Source of the DNA: Epithemia pelagica
Taxonomy: Eukaryota > Protista > Bacillariophyta
Assembly (NCBI GenBank): GCA_946965045.2
Contig: OX337228.1
Location: 3,534,001 to 3,598,000, forward strand
Reading direction: 5' to 3'
Length of the DNA stretch: 64,000 nucleotides
In this document: positions 18,964-29,600 of the stretch, in pieces
How the letters are laid out: every line of letters begins with the position of its first letter
Numbering within the stretch: position 1 is the first letter of the stretch
Notes under the pieces: generated by a model
What the model was told of the DNA's origin: nothing
What the model saw: only the letters and a program-made list of their open reading frames with translations
Databases searched by the model: none
Position numbers and translations under genes: made by a program

Positions 18964-21900
18964 CTCCCCACAACTCGTCGTTTCAGCCTTGTCATCATTG
19001 GATTTGTTGAGGTCTTGAACTTCTCTTTTCCAAAACAACAATGGCTTGAGCATGGGCCAAATAGATACGAAATCCCAATGTTTGCTAAGGATATCGGCAG
19101 GGTTGGTCTTTCCATCTTTCCAGTAGAATGAAACATACTTTGCTGCGATGGCTTCACGAACTCGGTGGTATGACAGAAGATGGTGTCTCTTGGATAGTAT
19201 GGAATGAGGAACGGTTGCATTGAGCACAACAGATCTGTTATCTCCGTACATGTAACTTCGCTCTCGGATAGGTACTCCAAGGTAGCGGAGAGAATGTCGT
19301 AATTCTGTAATCTGATCTATTGCTGTCCTTGCAGCCACAAACTTGGATCCATAGGTAGCAGTTTCCACCGTGCTCTGTCTCTTGCTGTACCAGTCAATAG
19401 GTATTCCGTTCAACAAATGTAGAACAGCAGTGACGGATTTACCAGTGACTATGTCATGCATGAGATTGGCATCAACATAATGAGTTGTGGTAACATAGCG
19501 GCCAAGAGGTGTTGGGCAGTCTTCAGGAATACGTTCACTTGCATTCGAATAGACAGTGCGAGTCCAATCAAATTCTTGGGTAGGAAGACTTGAATAATCA
19601 GGCTCTCCAATCCTAAATCTGATTGCGCCTTCTGGGAGATGTGCAAGGTATCCATAGATACGCTTGGCTCTATCAAGATGTCCTTTCCTCGGAGCAGCAC
19701 GAAAGCGTGATAGCGTCATTGTAGCGGTGAAGACGTCAAAACGACCAATAGTGATCACCCATTGGAGTTGTCCAATCAGAGTTTGGAAATGGCTAGTACC
19801 TTCTTCATCAAGGAGCTCAGAATCATCCAATTCAGGATGGTCTCCACCAATAAGAGGTGTTTTGGCTTTCTTGGGTTTCTCCTTGAAGATTCGTTTGAAA
19901 GTGTCCATCATCTTACCAATGTAGCGTCTTGGATCTGCTACTAATGTTCCATCAGAATCCTTGGTGTAACAACATCCCAAGTGGAAATCAATAGGTCCAT
20001 CTCCTTTGAGTTTGAAGTTGTATTTCTCCTTCAGGATCTTGCAGATATTCCCAGGATCAGTAGAAATAATGGCTAAGTCATCAACGTATACGGCAATGTA
20101 TTCGTAACAGTCTTTTCCAGGTGCTTTCCTCATCCAGATATCCGGATCTGCTTTGCTTGGTGAAAATCCCATGTCTGTCAAAACATCAAATAAGACATCA
20201 TGCCAGCGTGCGCCTGATGACTTCAATCCATAAAGTGCCTTGTATATAATCAGGATGTGACCTTCTAATTCCTTGAATTCAGGTCCTGCGACAATGAAGA
20301 TTTTCTCCCCTGTCAAGGCTTCCAGATATGCGTTTCCAATATCTGCTCCCCATATTTCCAAGTCATTCAAAGTACCCAGGAATAAGGCAATGCGGAGGTT
20401 GCGAATGGAAACAACACCTGAATAGATTGTCTCAACAGGTTCTTTTGTGAGATGTCCATCTGCGACAAGTCTTGCTTTATGTCGTCCATCATGTTTTACG
20501 TCAAAGACAAGATGTACACGTATCTTATGATATCCTTCAGGTGCATTGGATACTTTCCCTTTAATGAAGATGGCTTTCCCAAAATCCTTGAATGTCTTGT
20601 AGGACTGGATCTGTGACAATTCTAATTCTGTTGCATCCTGCCACTTTGTGTTGCCATGTTGTTTATCAAGAGCGACAGCTTTCTCATAATTGCGTGGTAC
20701 TTGGAATCCAAACTTATACTTGACGGAATGGTGAACTTGTTTAATCCTTGACTGTTTGGCTGCTCGAATGAGACGTTTGCTTGTTTTGACATAACGTTTC
20801 AAATGCTTCCATCCAGGTTCGTTGAGTAAACCATGTTTCTTTCCATAAATTGCTACAGTGATCGGATCATCATTGGCGATGAGTGATAAAGGTTCATAGG
20901 TAGTCTCCCCAGTTTCCCAATCAACAAGCAAATTATATTTGCTCCCCTTGTAATCTGGATCAGTTGTGTTCAGTGGGCCTTGATGGGCAATGACATCCCT
21001 GAACCTGAAAAGATTATCTCCAGAGGTTTGAGCTTGGTTATCTCGTTCGATATACTCCATGAGTTGATTATAGGATATCATCTCATCAACATCAGAATTT
21101 GTCTTTCGGTAAATGTACTTGACACGTTCTTCCTGTTTCGTTGCTTCTTCATTAAGATCAATGACTCGTTTGATGACACGTGCACGGTGTCGCTCCCCAT
21201 TTTCTTCTGTGTCGCATAGGAATGTGCGTCCTATCATGTCGTCAAAATCGATCGTGGGCATTGGTTTGGATGGATCTTCACTATCACTGCGAATGAAGAC
21301 AGTGTCAGCTTGCTTATCATTGTCATCCTTCTCAGACGAATCCTCCCCTGAAGGTTGATCCACACGTAGGTTAGGTGTAGTGGATTCAACACGGCGAACG
21401 GCAGAACGGTAGATTATCTGGTTATCCTGGGTGAGAATCTTCCAAGTAAAAGAATCACCAACGTTGTGAGCAAAACCAACCCAGTGGCCAAGTTTCTCAT
21501 CAGAAGAAGATGGATATGAACCAGAATTGGGTTCAGCGGGGTCGACACGGTAGTAAACCTCATCCCAGAAAGGAAAGAACAAGAGATGATTAATGTCGGG
21601 TGGGCGTCCGGAGAGAGCCTCAAGAGGAGTGCGACCGGAATGGGTGGGTGATGATGTATGGTTCAATAAGTCACAGACATACTCATGGCAAAGAAGCCAG
21701 GTGTTGGCAGGGCAACCAGTGGCATTCATGAGAGCGTTGGTCATACGTTTGACGGTTTGGTAACGGTTTTCAGCCTTATTCTGGTGTTGATGATAAGGTT
21801 CGGATCGATACTCCCCAATAAGCAAAGTGCGAAGAATGTCTTTGACCTTTTGAGAGATGAGAGATGAACCACCATCACTGATAAGAGTCTCCATGGCACC

Positions 21901-24645
21901 ACGAAACCGGATGTTGTCCTGAAGAGTATTGACAAACTGTTTGGTTGACTTGATCCCATAGATATCAGTAACCAGAGTATCTCGACCAACAAAGATTTGT
22001 GCGACTTTACCGCCATGGTCAACAGCAGGGGTGTCGGAGAAAACCGAGTCAGTAGCAACGGGTTCATGACGTCGAGGTATATTAAGGACCGGATTGCGAG
22101 CCTTGAAATGTTTCTTGAGGGTGTCGTGGTCAAAAGTAACGCTACCATTACGTGTAGTGTGCTTGAACGTATCGGCAATAACATCTTCAGATTGCCAACC
22201 AAAGAATGGACGGAACTTCTTCCAGTCATACGCTTCCTGGTAACGACGGTGGACAGAGGCATGAAGTGTAGGATCATTACCTTCTGCGTCAGCATAGATA
22301 GAAAAGAAGGGTGCGTCGTCAGGTCCATGATCGTATGGGAGATCCAAAAGGAGATTGAGGTTACAAACAACACGATCAGTGTACTCCCCATAGTTGTCAT
22401 ATGGATGGTTCGACATACTACCATCAGTCTTGACGTGTTTCCAATCAGGATCATTGTCAGAGGGTGTGGGAGAATACGAATGGTCCAGAACACCAGGATC
22501 CCATGTGTCCGGTGACGTGAAGATGATCTGAGGTAAGGTATTCATGTCATCGTCGCTGGGGATACCCAAGGAGTGGATGTAGGCTAACCCATCCTTGATG
22601 TGAAGGGGTATAGCACGACCATCAAGTGTAGTGATGCGTTGTTAACCATCAACTTTAACAGATCGTTCATCAACAGCAAGTCCGAAATGCTCGAATTGAC
22701 CAGGAGCATGGATAGATAAGCCCTTTCCATAATAAGCATATTCATTGAAGATGCCGACAATAGGTCCATCATTGGTCTCAAACTTTGCGGCACATGTGAC
22801 GAGAGGAAGTCCAGTAAGTTCATGGTTATCAATACCCACAATAGTGATATGGCGGCCAGTCTTAGAAAGGATGCGCATGTCAGAACCAGCAAGTCCTCCA
22901 TTTGCACCACGGTCAATCAATTGATTTCCTGGTAAAGTAGACTTCCTGGAAAACAAATAGCGTGGAACATGTCCTGCTTGTTTATGCATGTTGGCTTTGA
23001 AAGTAACCTTCTTGCTCGTCTTGGACTTGGCGTTAGAAAGAACACTAGTCAGGTCAGTTGCAGGGTGATTGATATCAGTCGTCATGGCTTGGTTGATAAA
23101 TTGTGTAACCGGATCTGAATCATCTGGATGCTCAGGGACTACGCCAGGTGAGTCATCATCAGATGCAACTTGGTTGGGGTCAGGATCAGGTTCCGGATCA
23201 ATGTCGAGGGCATGTGTTTGCAGTTTCCTCGGTGTTGTTGATGAAGGTGCTTGAATCATCTTGTTATACTCAATGATCAACTTGCGATCTTCTTCAGAAA
23301 GTTTGAACCATAGGTCACGCGGTAGACTAACCTTGGACGAAGAGGATGGGGATTCAGATGTCGCTTTGGTGTTGTGGACATGATACTCCATATCATCTTG
23401 TGAGGTTAAGTCAGCATCTGTATCTTGGCCATATAGTGATTCATGTTGTTTGACATGTCGACGGCGACTATGAACAGATGACTGGGTTGCTTGATCATGG
23501 TCATAAGCTGCGTCTAGAAGGAGACGGAAGTATGATTGATAGCAAAGGGATTTTGCACCAGATTTGGTGTTCACCACATTATCCAAGATCTTGACTCGGC
23601 GGAGATCAGGTACCTTTTCTACAGCTTGCATGAGGAAGGTCATCCTGGTATGATCAGGGATGCGATCAGACAATGTCACTAGATTGTCTAGCAAACGTAG
23701 CTGCTCTTGAAAGTGTAGAAGAAATTGACGTGTTGTTCCGCGCCATGTGTCGTCAAGACGTAGATTGGAAATGTAGTTGGTTAAACGGAGGACTTCTCGT
23801 TTTGCTAGGTCGGATTCGGTATGCAAAGAGTGTAACTTCTGCAATACGGCACGCGCATCTTCATCATGTTCATGTTCACGTACATAGGCTTGACCTTGGT
23901 CAGTCTGAATGATACGGACAAGAACGGAGTAAAGAAATACTTGTTGCTCTTGAAAAAGTTCTTCGGCATACTCATCATCATGGGGTGGTGTGTATTTGAA
24001 ATTCAGAACGTTGGATAGGCCTTGAGCCTTAGCTGTAGTCTTGAATACACGCCAGAATGAATCGTAGTATCGTTCATCCTTGAATACCTCATATGCAGTT
24101 GCGTCGCGTTTAGTTCCCTTTCTGAATGCTGTAAGGTCTTGTTGAGATTGGGATGCGGCAGTAACTGTGCTGACAGATTTCACAGATGACGGTGACTTCA
24201 TTGGCGAGACTGGAACTTGGCTAGGTGGTCCCTTAGAGAAATCTGTGTTGATCCTCCAAGTGTTGAACTCTTTCCTCGGCAGGTTCATCCAGTCGCTATT
24301 GGATAGCTTGTCTTGAATTTCATTGGTCTTGTATATGGCCCAATAAGCCAAGAGCTTGATCTGCTGTCTTGTGGGGCCTTGTAGATCATGTGTCTGTTTG
24401 TTGACCTTGTATTGTGTCAGTTCGTTCATGGATTCCTCGGTATTAGTTTGCATATACGAGATAACATGGGTAATGTTCTCAAAACCATGGTATTTCATCC
24501 ACTTCATTAAGTAGTTGGCCCTTTCCTTGGTAAAGAATTGGCAGACAGTAAATATGATGTGGTCGAATAGGTCTGTGTTCGAGACATTGTCTTGGTTATC
24601 TTCTCCCTTAGGAGTCGTAGGTGTCTTGGGTGATTGAGGATCCAT
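18958..24645 (-). pseudogene. Copia gag-pol polyprotein (about 1895 codons) with one in-frame TAA at 22642-22644
   Basis: ORFs 22642..24645 and 18958..22569 share a frame. Motifs: PR LIDRGANGG; IN ATDSVF / ISDGG / KAENRY; RT DIGNAYL and YVDDL; RH YVDANL and GDNRSV. The usual GSEFVAAR reads GSKFVAAR. Confidence 0.9.
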
Positions 24646-24965
24646 GGTGTTATTTGGTTGGTTCGATGTTTATTTAATGTGCGGTGTGATGTGGTTTATT
24701 TAATGTGTGATGTGATGTGAACCCGGATGTACCACGTGTGCCACGTATGTACCACGTATGTGATACCCGGATGTGTGTTGTGATGTGCGACTCCTGGAAA
24801 TTTCCGTTGATTCCGACAAATTTTCGCCGAGTTTCAACAAATTTTCGCTGAATTTTCGCGATTTGACGGGAATGTGTGGCGTGTTGTGCGACCAAGGGTA
24901 CCCGGATGTGCGTTGAGTTTAAGTCTTGGAAAGGTTTTGAGAGGACGGGAGTTAACTATGAGTAA

Positions 24966-25745
24966 TTAAGCTTCGGTCTCCGAATCTCCTCTCTCTTCCG
25001 AATAATCAGAGTCGTTTCCAGGCTCAGATGGGGCAGCACAAGCAACAGAAGAAGGGGTATCACCTTCAGCCAAGTGGTTCTCGACCTCGGTACGCAAAGG
25101 GAAGATAGTTGCACGATGGTCCTCGATGGTATGGACCTCGTGGATGTAGGCAACGTAGTTATCTAGGCGTACAACGTTAGGAGGCAGAGGGCAAGTCGTC
25201 GCGTTCACGACGTAGATGGTATTGTAGTATCCAGTTGGGCGCTCGAAGGTTAGGAAGCGGAGGTGGACAGTACGGATGGGGTTGCCCGAGAGGGCGGCCA
25301 AGATGAGGCGACGCCTCGGAGAACGATGAAGTTGGTCGTTCAGACGGTCAATGTCTTCTTGGTCGACGATGTGGGTCACCGATTGGAACTGGCGTTCGAT
25401 CTGGGTCTCCCCACGGATGATCTCGGGATCGAAGGTCGAAGAAGTTGGTTGACGGAAGTACTTGATATGATCAGCAATCAACCGGGTGGTACAACGGGAT
25501 CGAGAAGGGACGAGCCGACGAGGCGGACTCGGGGGCCGAAGCAACGGCGCAGGGATCGGAGCGTGAGGCTGGGTTGGAGTCTCGAATGGGTTGCTGTTGG
25601 AACTGTCGACGGAGATGTTGACCGATGTGTTGGCTGCCTTCGGCGTCGGCACCAGTTCCTGCTGCACCACGGTATCGGGCTGCCCGGGATGCAGGTTGGC
25701 TCGATAGATCTGTCGTACAGGAGTGATAAGCTCGTTAGTATCCAT
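24966..25745 (-). CDS. Extra 259-aa ORF of unknown function between PBS and gag of copia-2
   Basis: ATG 23 nt downstream of the PBS, on the element's sense strand, 780 nt open; Pro-rich N-terminus, globular-looking core, acidic end. Confidence 0.55.
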   Translation of the reverse strand: MDTNELITPVRQIYRANLHPGQPDTVVQQELVPTPKAANTSVNISVDSSNSNPFETPTQPHAPIPAPLLRPPSPPRRLVPSRSRCTTRLIADHIKYFRQPTSSTFDPEIIRGETQIERQFQSVTHIVDQEDIDRLNDQLHRSPRRRLILAALSGNPIRTVHLRFLTFERPTGYYNTIYVVNATTCPLPPNVVRLDNYVAYIHEVHTIEDHRATIFPLRTEVENHLAEGDTPSSVACAAPSEPGNDSDYSEERGDSETEA

Positions 25746-25767
25746 GAAACCACAAGAGAATAAGCTT

Positions 25768-25781
25768 TGAGACTGTTAATC
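25768..25781 (-). promoter_or_regulatory. Primer-binding site of copia-2 (GATTAACAGTCTCA on the minus strand)
   Basis: Abuts the 5' LTR end; identical to the copia-1 PBS. Confidence 0.7.
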
Positions 25782-26523
25782 TGTTACAATTCTTTCTGAA
25801 TCGTAGGGACATTGATGCTCGGTAAAGGGTCAGAGAAGCAAGCAAGTCGTAGTCTATCAAAAGGATAGTCGGGACACAAAAGAGGATGTGATAAATGGTG
25901 ATATTGTTAGATTGTGTGTTGATTACTACGATAGGTCTACGTGAAATGTTCGGTCCTGCCAAGGGTCATGTGTCATAGGTTCTTGGCGGCAACAGGTTTG
26001 GAATAGTTGGAGTCGATTCATGTGATGTATATGACATGTATATGTGGACGGATAACATATACAGGGTCAACAGCTCTTGCTTTGGATTGGCATAGTTGTT
26101 TTCATGGCGCGCAGCTTGTTGACAATTTGGAGATTGTGGGAATGGAAATATGGTCTCGCGTGATCGTGTGTCGTGCTTGGGATACTTAGACCGTTAGGTC
26201 GGATAGATGCCGACAGCGCTCGGATGTCGCTTGGGCGCGCTCGATGATTTCGGGCGCATACGCTTAGGGCGCTAGTATAATGTCCGAGCAACGGCCAAAT
26301 TTACGTCCGTTGTAATACCGCACGACCCAGTTTAGTCTTGAGAGTGAGTTCGTCAATCTATTCTCACTTTTCATGATTTGCGAAGAAATATAGGTCGATA
26401 TAGCGCGAAGCTAGGGAACATAGCTCGAAGCTAGATGGCATGATGTGATAGCACGAGGCTATGTGACATGGGGAATCGATGAGATGTAGAATCTAACCAC
26501 CATAGACGGTGAGAATTCTAACA
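25782..26523 (-). repeat. 5' LTR of copia-2 (41-bp deletion relative to the 3' LTR)
   Basis: Direct repeat of 18181-18963. Confidence 0.92.
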
Positions 26524-26528
26524 AGGAT

Positions 26529-26687
26529 GATGAATCGAGCGACAGTAAGACCTTAAAAGAAGGCCGCGCCAGAGATTCAGGAGAGAGGACTCACCTCGAT
26601 GTGAGCATGACACACGAAGGGTCATTAGCCGCGATTGCGGATGACACCGTGATGCATTCCGAAGCGAGTTTTGCCCGTCATGAATAG
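26529..26687 (+). pseudogene. LINE ORF1, fragment 3 of 3
   Basis: DESSDSKT...FARHE-TAG is in frame with fragment 2. The stop at 26685-26687 overlaps the ORF2 ATG at 26680. Reconstructed ORF1 is 585 aa. Confidence 0.7.
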
Positions 26688-29600
26688 TCCATTTAGGAAC
26701 GACGATTCAATTTACTTAGATGATCCATCAAACAACTACTTCACCCACCATTCTACACATGAAAACAACACACAACCATACGACTACACACAAGACATCG
26801 CCGACACAAATGTGACTGAGAATTACGCCAGTAATGGGATTATAGGGACACCGATAGGTGAGAAAGACGACACAGTTTTCCGAATCTATGGACAAAACAC
26901 AAACGGACTAAATCTTGGTCATGACGGAGGAGACTTCGCTGAATTCTGCGAAAACATGTTTCAACTCGAAGTCGATTGCTGGGGAATCTTCGAAACCAAT
27001 CTAGATACGACACAGCACCATGTTGGCGAAAAGCTCTACAGGACAATACAAAAACACTTTGATCATTCCAGACTGTCGTTTGGTAGTAGCAACATTACTT
27101 CACCAAAGGCACCACGATACTACAAGCCAGGGGGGACACTACTTGCGACTCAAGGCAAATACACAGGGAGGATATCGAAAACAGGATGCGACCCAATGGG
27201 ACGATGGTCTTGTCATACATTCTCCTGCAAAAACAATAAATCGCTCACTGTCATATCAGCCTATCAAGTATGCGATCAACCGCTTATTGACTCCTCCACG
27301 GATTGTATCAAGTCCTTCACAGCATCTTCACAACAAGTAAGCATGTTACGGCAGCAAGACCGTTTCTGCTCCCCACGAGAAGCTTTTATCATCGACTTGT
27401 AGCGCTTTATTCAACTCAAGATCGATCAACAATCTGAGATTCTGCTCTTTGGTGACTTCAATGAAGTTTTGGATCATTCTACTGATGGAATGGGGAAGCT
27501 CGCCACTGAATTAAAGCTCCACGACTTGATGGAGGAACTCACAAATACTACCTCCTTTGCAACGTACGCTGGTGGACAGACTCGAATCGATTATGTACTT
27601 GCCACTGAACCTGTTGCTGAAGCTGCAATCTGTGGTTGTTATGAGCCGTTCAAAAACAGGACACAAAAGAGCGACCATAGAAGTATCGTGATAGACTTTG
27701 ATGCCAACAAGCTTTTCGGAACAGCAACACAACAACTAGGCCCCTTGTCTTCACGAGACTTCACTTCCAAGGATAAAAGTACCAATCGACAATATGTGGA
27801 GGCGAAATTCAAATACCTTTCGGACCATCAATTTGGACAGCGTTTGCAACAATTACAAACAACATGGGACGGAGAGTTAGCAGAAAAGTTAGATCGCGAT
27901 TTCCAACGTGCAGGATTCCATGCAGCAAAACAATGCCGACGCAAGCCAAGAAACATCCCCTATGTCCAAGAATTGTCTGATCTACGGCTTTATAAGAACG
28001 GATTGCTCAAGAAGATTTCAACTATTAGACTCAATCGGTCGTTTGAGACACCCTCTGGTACTACCGACACAACAGCTGAATGCCCTCCTCTACCGGATAG
28101 CTTGGAAGCTTGTAAACTTCAATTGCGCACAACTCAAAAACGAATCGCAGAAATCACGAAAACAGCCGTCTTTCGCCGCCAAAACGAGCTACAGCTTTCA
28201 CTGGAAGAAGCTATAAACCGAGGGGATAAAGCAACGTCGAAAGCTATATGTCATCGGATCGCTGCGGAGAAAACTAAAGCAATGTTCAAGAAGATTAGAC
28301 ACTGCAGAGGCAATCTCAAAGCGGGTATCACGAGACTGGATGTTCCACGGGATCGCAACGACTTCGAGTATTCCAAATGCACTGAATGGATCACAATCGA
28401 CACGCCGCAAGACATTGAGGAACTTCTTCTTCAAAGGAACCAGCGCCATTTCGGTCAAGCCGATGGAACATTTCCAACCACACCTCCATTTAGCAAATGG
28501 GTGGATTGGGGTGCATCAAGCCATACCGCTGAACTTATTTTGAATGGAGAATGGGAATCCACGGAACTCGACGAGCTTTCACAGTGTGTTGTCAACCATA
28601 TGAAGTCCCGGGTAACTATGGACAGCATTCCAGGTACAATCTCTCGAGAGGACTGGATAGGCAAAATCAAGTCATGGCCTGAGTCGACATCTACCTCACC
28701 TTCTGGCTTTCATCTCGGCCATAGCAAGGTACTAGTAGCTGCACATGACCTAGATCCATCGACACCAGAAGCTGAAGAGTTAGAGTTCAAGCGCAATACT
28801 CTGATTGACTGGCAACTCGGACTACTAAATGTTGCTCTCCGCAACCAACATTGTTACGATCGGTGGAAGCACATTGTGAATGTAATGATATTGAAGGAAC
28901 CTGACAACTTCAAAATACACCGTCTCAGAGTCATACATCTTTATGAACAAGACTATAATTTGGTCTTGGCAGTCAAATGGCGCCAGATGATCAGATTATG
29001 CACCAATCAACAAGCCTTGAACGCTTCCCAGTTTGGTGGTGTACCAGGAAAAGATGCAGTACTTCCTACATTTATTGAAGAGATGCAATACGAGATCTCT
29101 CGGGCAAGTAAACGCCCATTGGTACACATGGACTATGACGCGGCGGCATGTTACGATCGTATCGTCATGTCTTTCGGTAGCTTGGCCTCACGTAGCTTTG
29201 GACAAAATCGATCTATTGTTTTCATTAACGCAAAGACGTTGGCTGAGGCAAAATACTATTTGAAGACAAAGTTGGGAGTTTCAGATTGCTTCTACAAGCA
29301 TTGCACAATCTTCCCGGTTTATGGATCAGGTCAGGGAGCTGGCAATTCACCTGCAATATGGTGTGTCATAAGTTGCATTCTGTTTGACGCTTATGAACAA
29401 GAAGCCTGTGGCGCTAGTTTTGAATCGCCAGATGGATCAGTGAAGACGCGTGTTTATATGATTGGTTTTGTCGATGATACAAGCGGGAGTACAAATGACT
29501 TTGGACAACCTACTCAACAACCAGATGAACATTATATTAGCAAAGCTACTGTTGATGCTCAACGATGGAACGATGTACTCCACCGATCAGGAGGTGCTTT

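Larger units (their letters stand above)
18181..26523 (-). mobile_element. Ty1/copia (CoDi-like) LTR retrotransposon 2, full length
   Basis: LTRs at 25782-26523 (742 bp) and 18181-18963 (783 bp) differ by a 41-bp indel and about 8-9 substitutions; termini TG...CA. Imperfect TSD ACGAT (18176-18180) / AGGAT (26524-26528). PPT at 18964-18972. Domain order is PR-IN-RT-RH. Confidence 0.93.

Noticed and set aside
22642-22644. Programmed gag-pol stop readthrough in copia-2
   Set aside because: Copia-1 has AAA at this codon, and the stop falls after the protease motif rather than at the gag/PR boundary.
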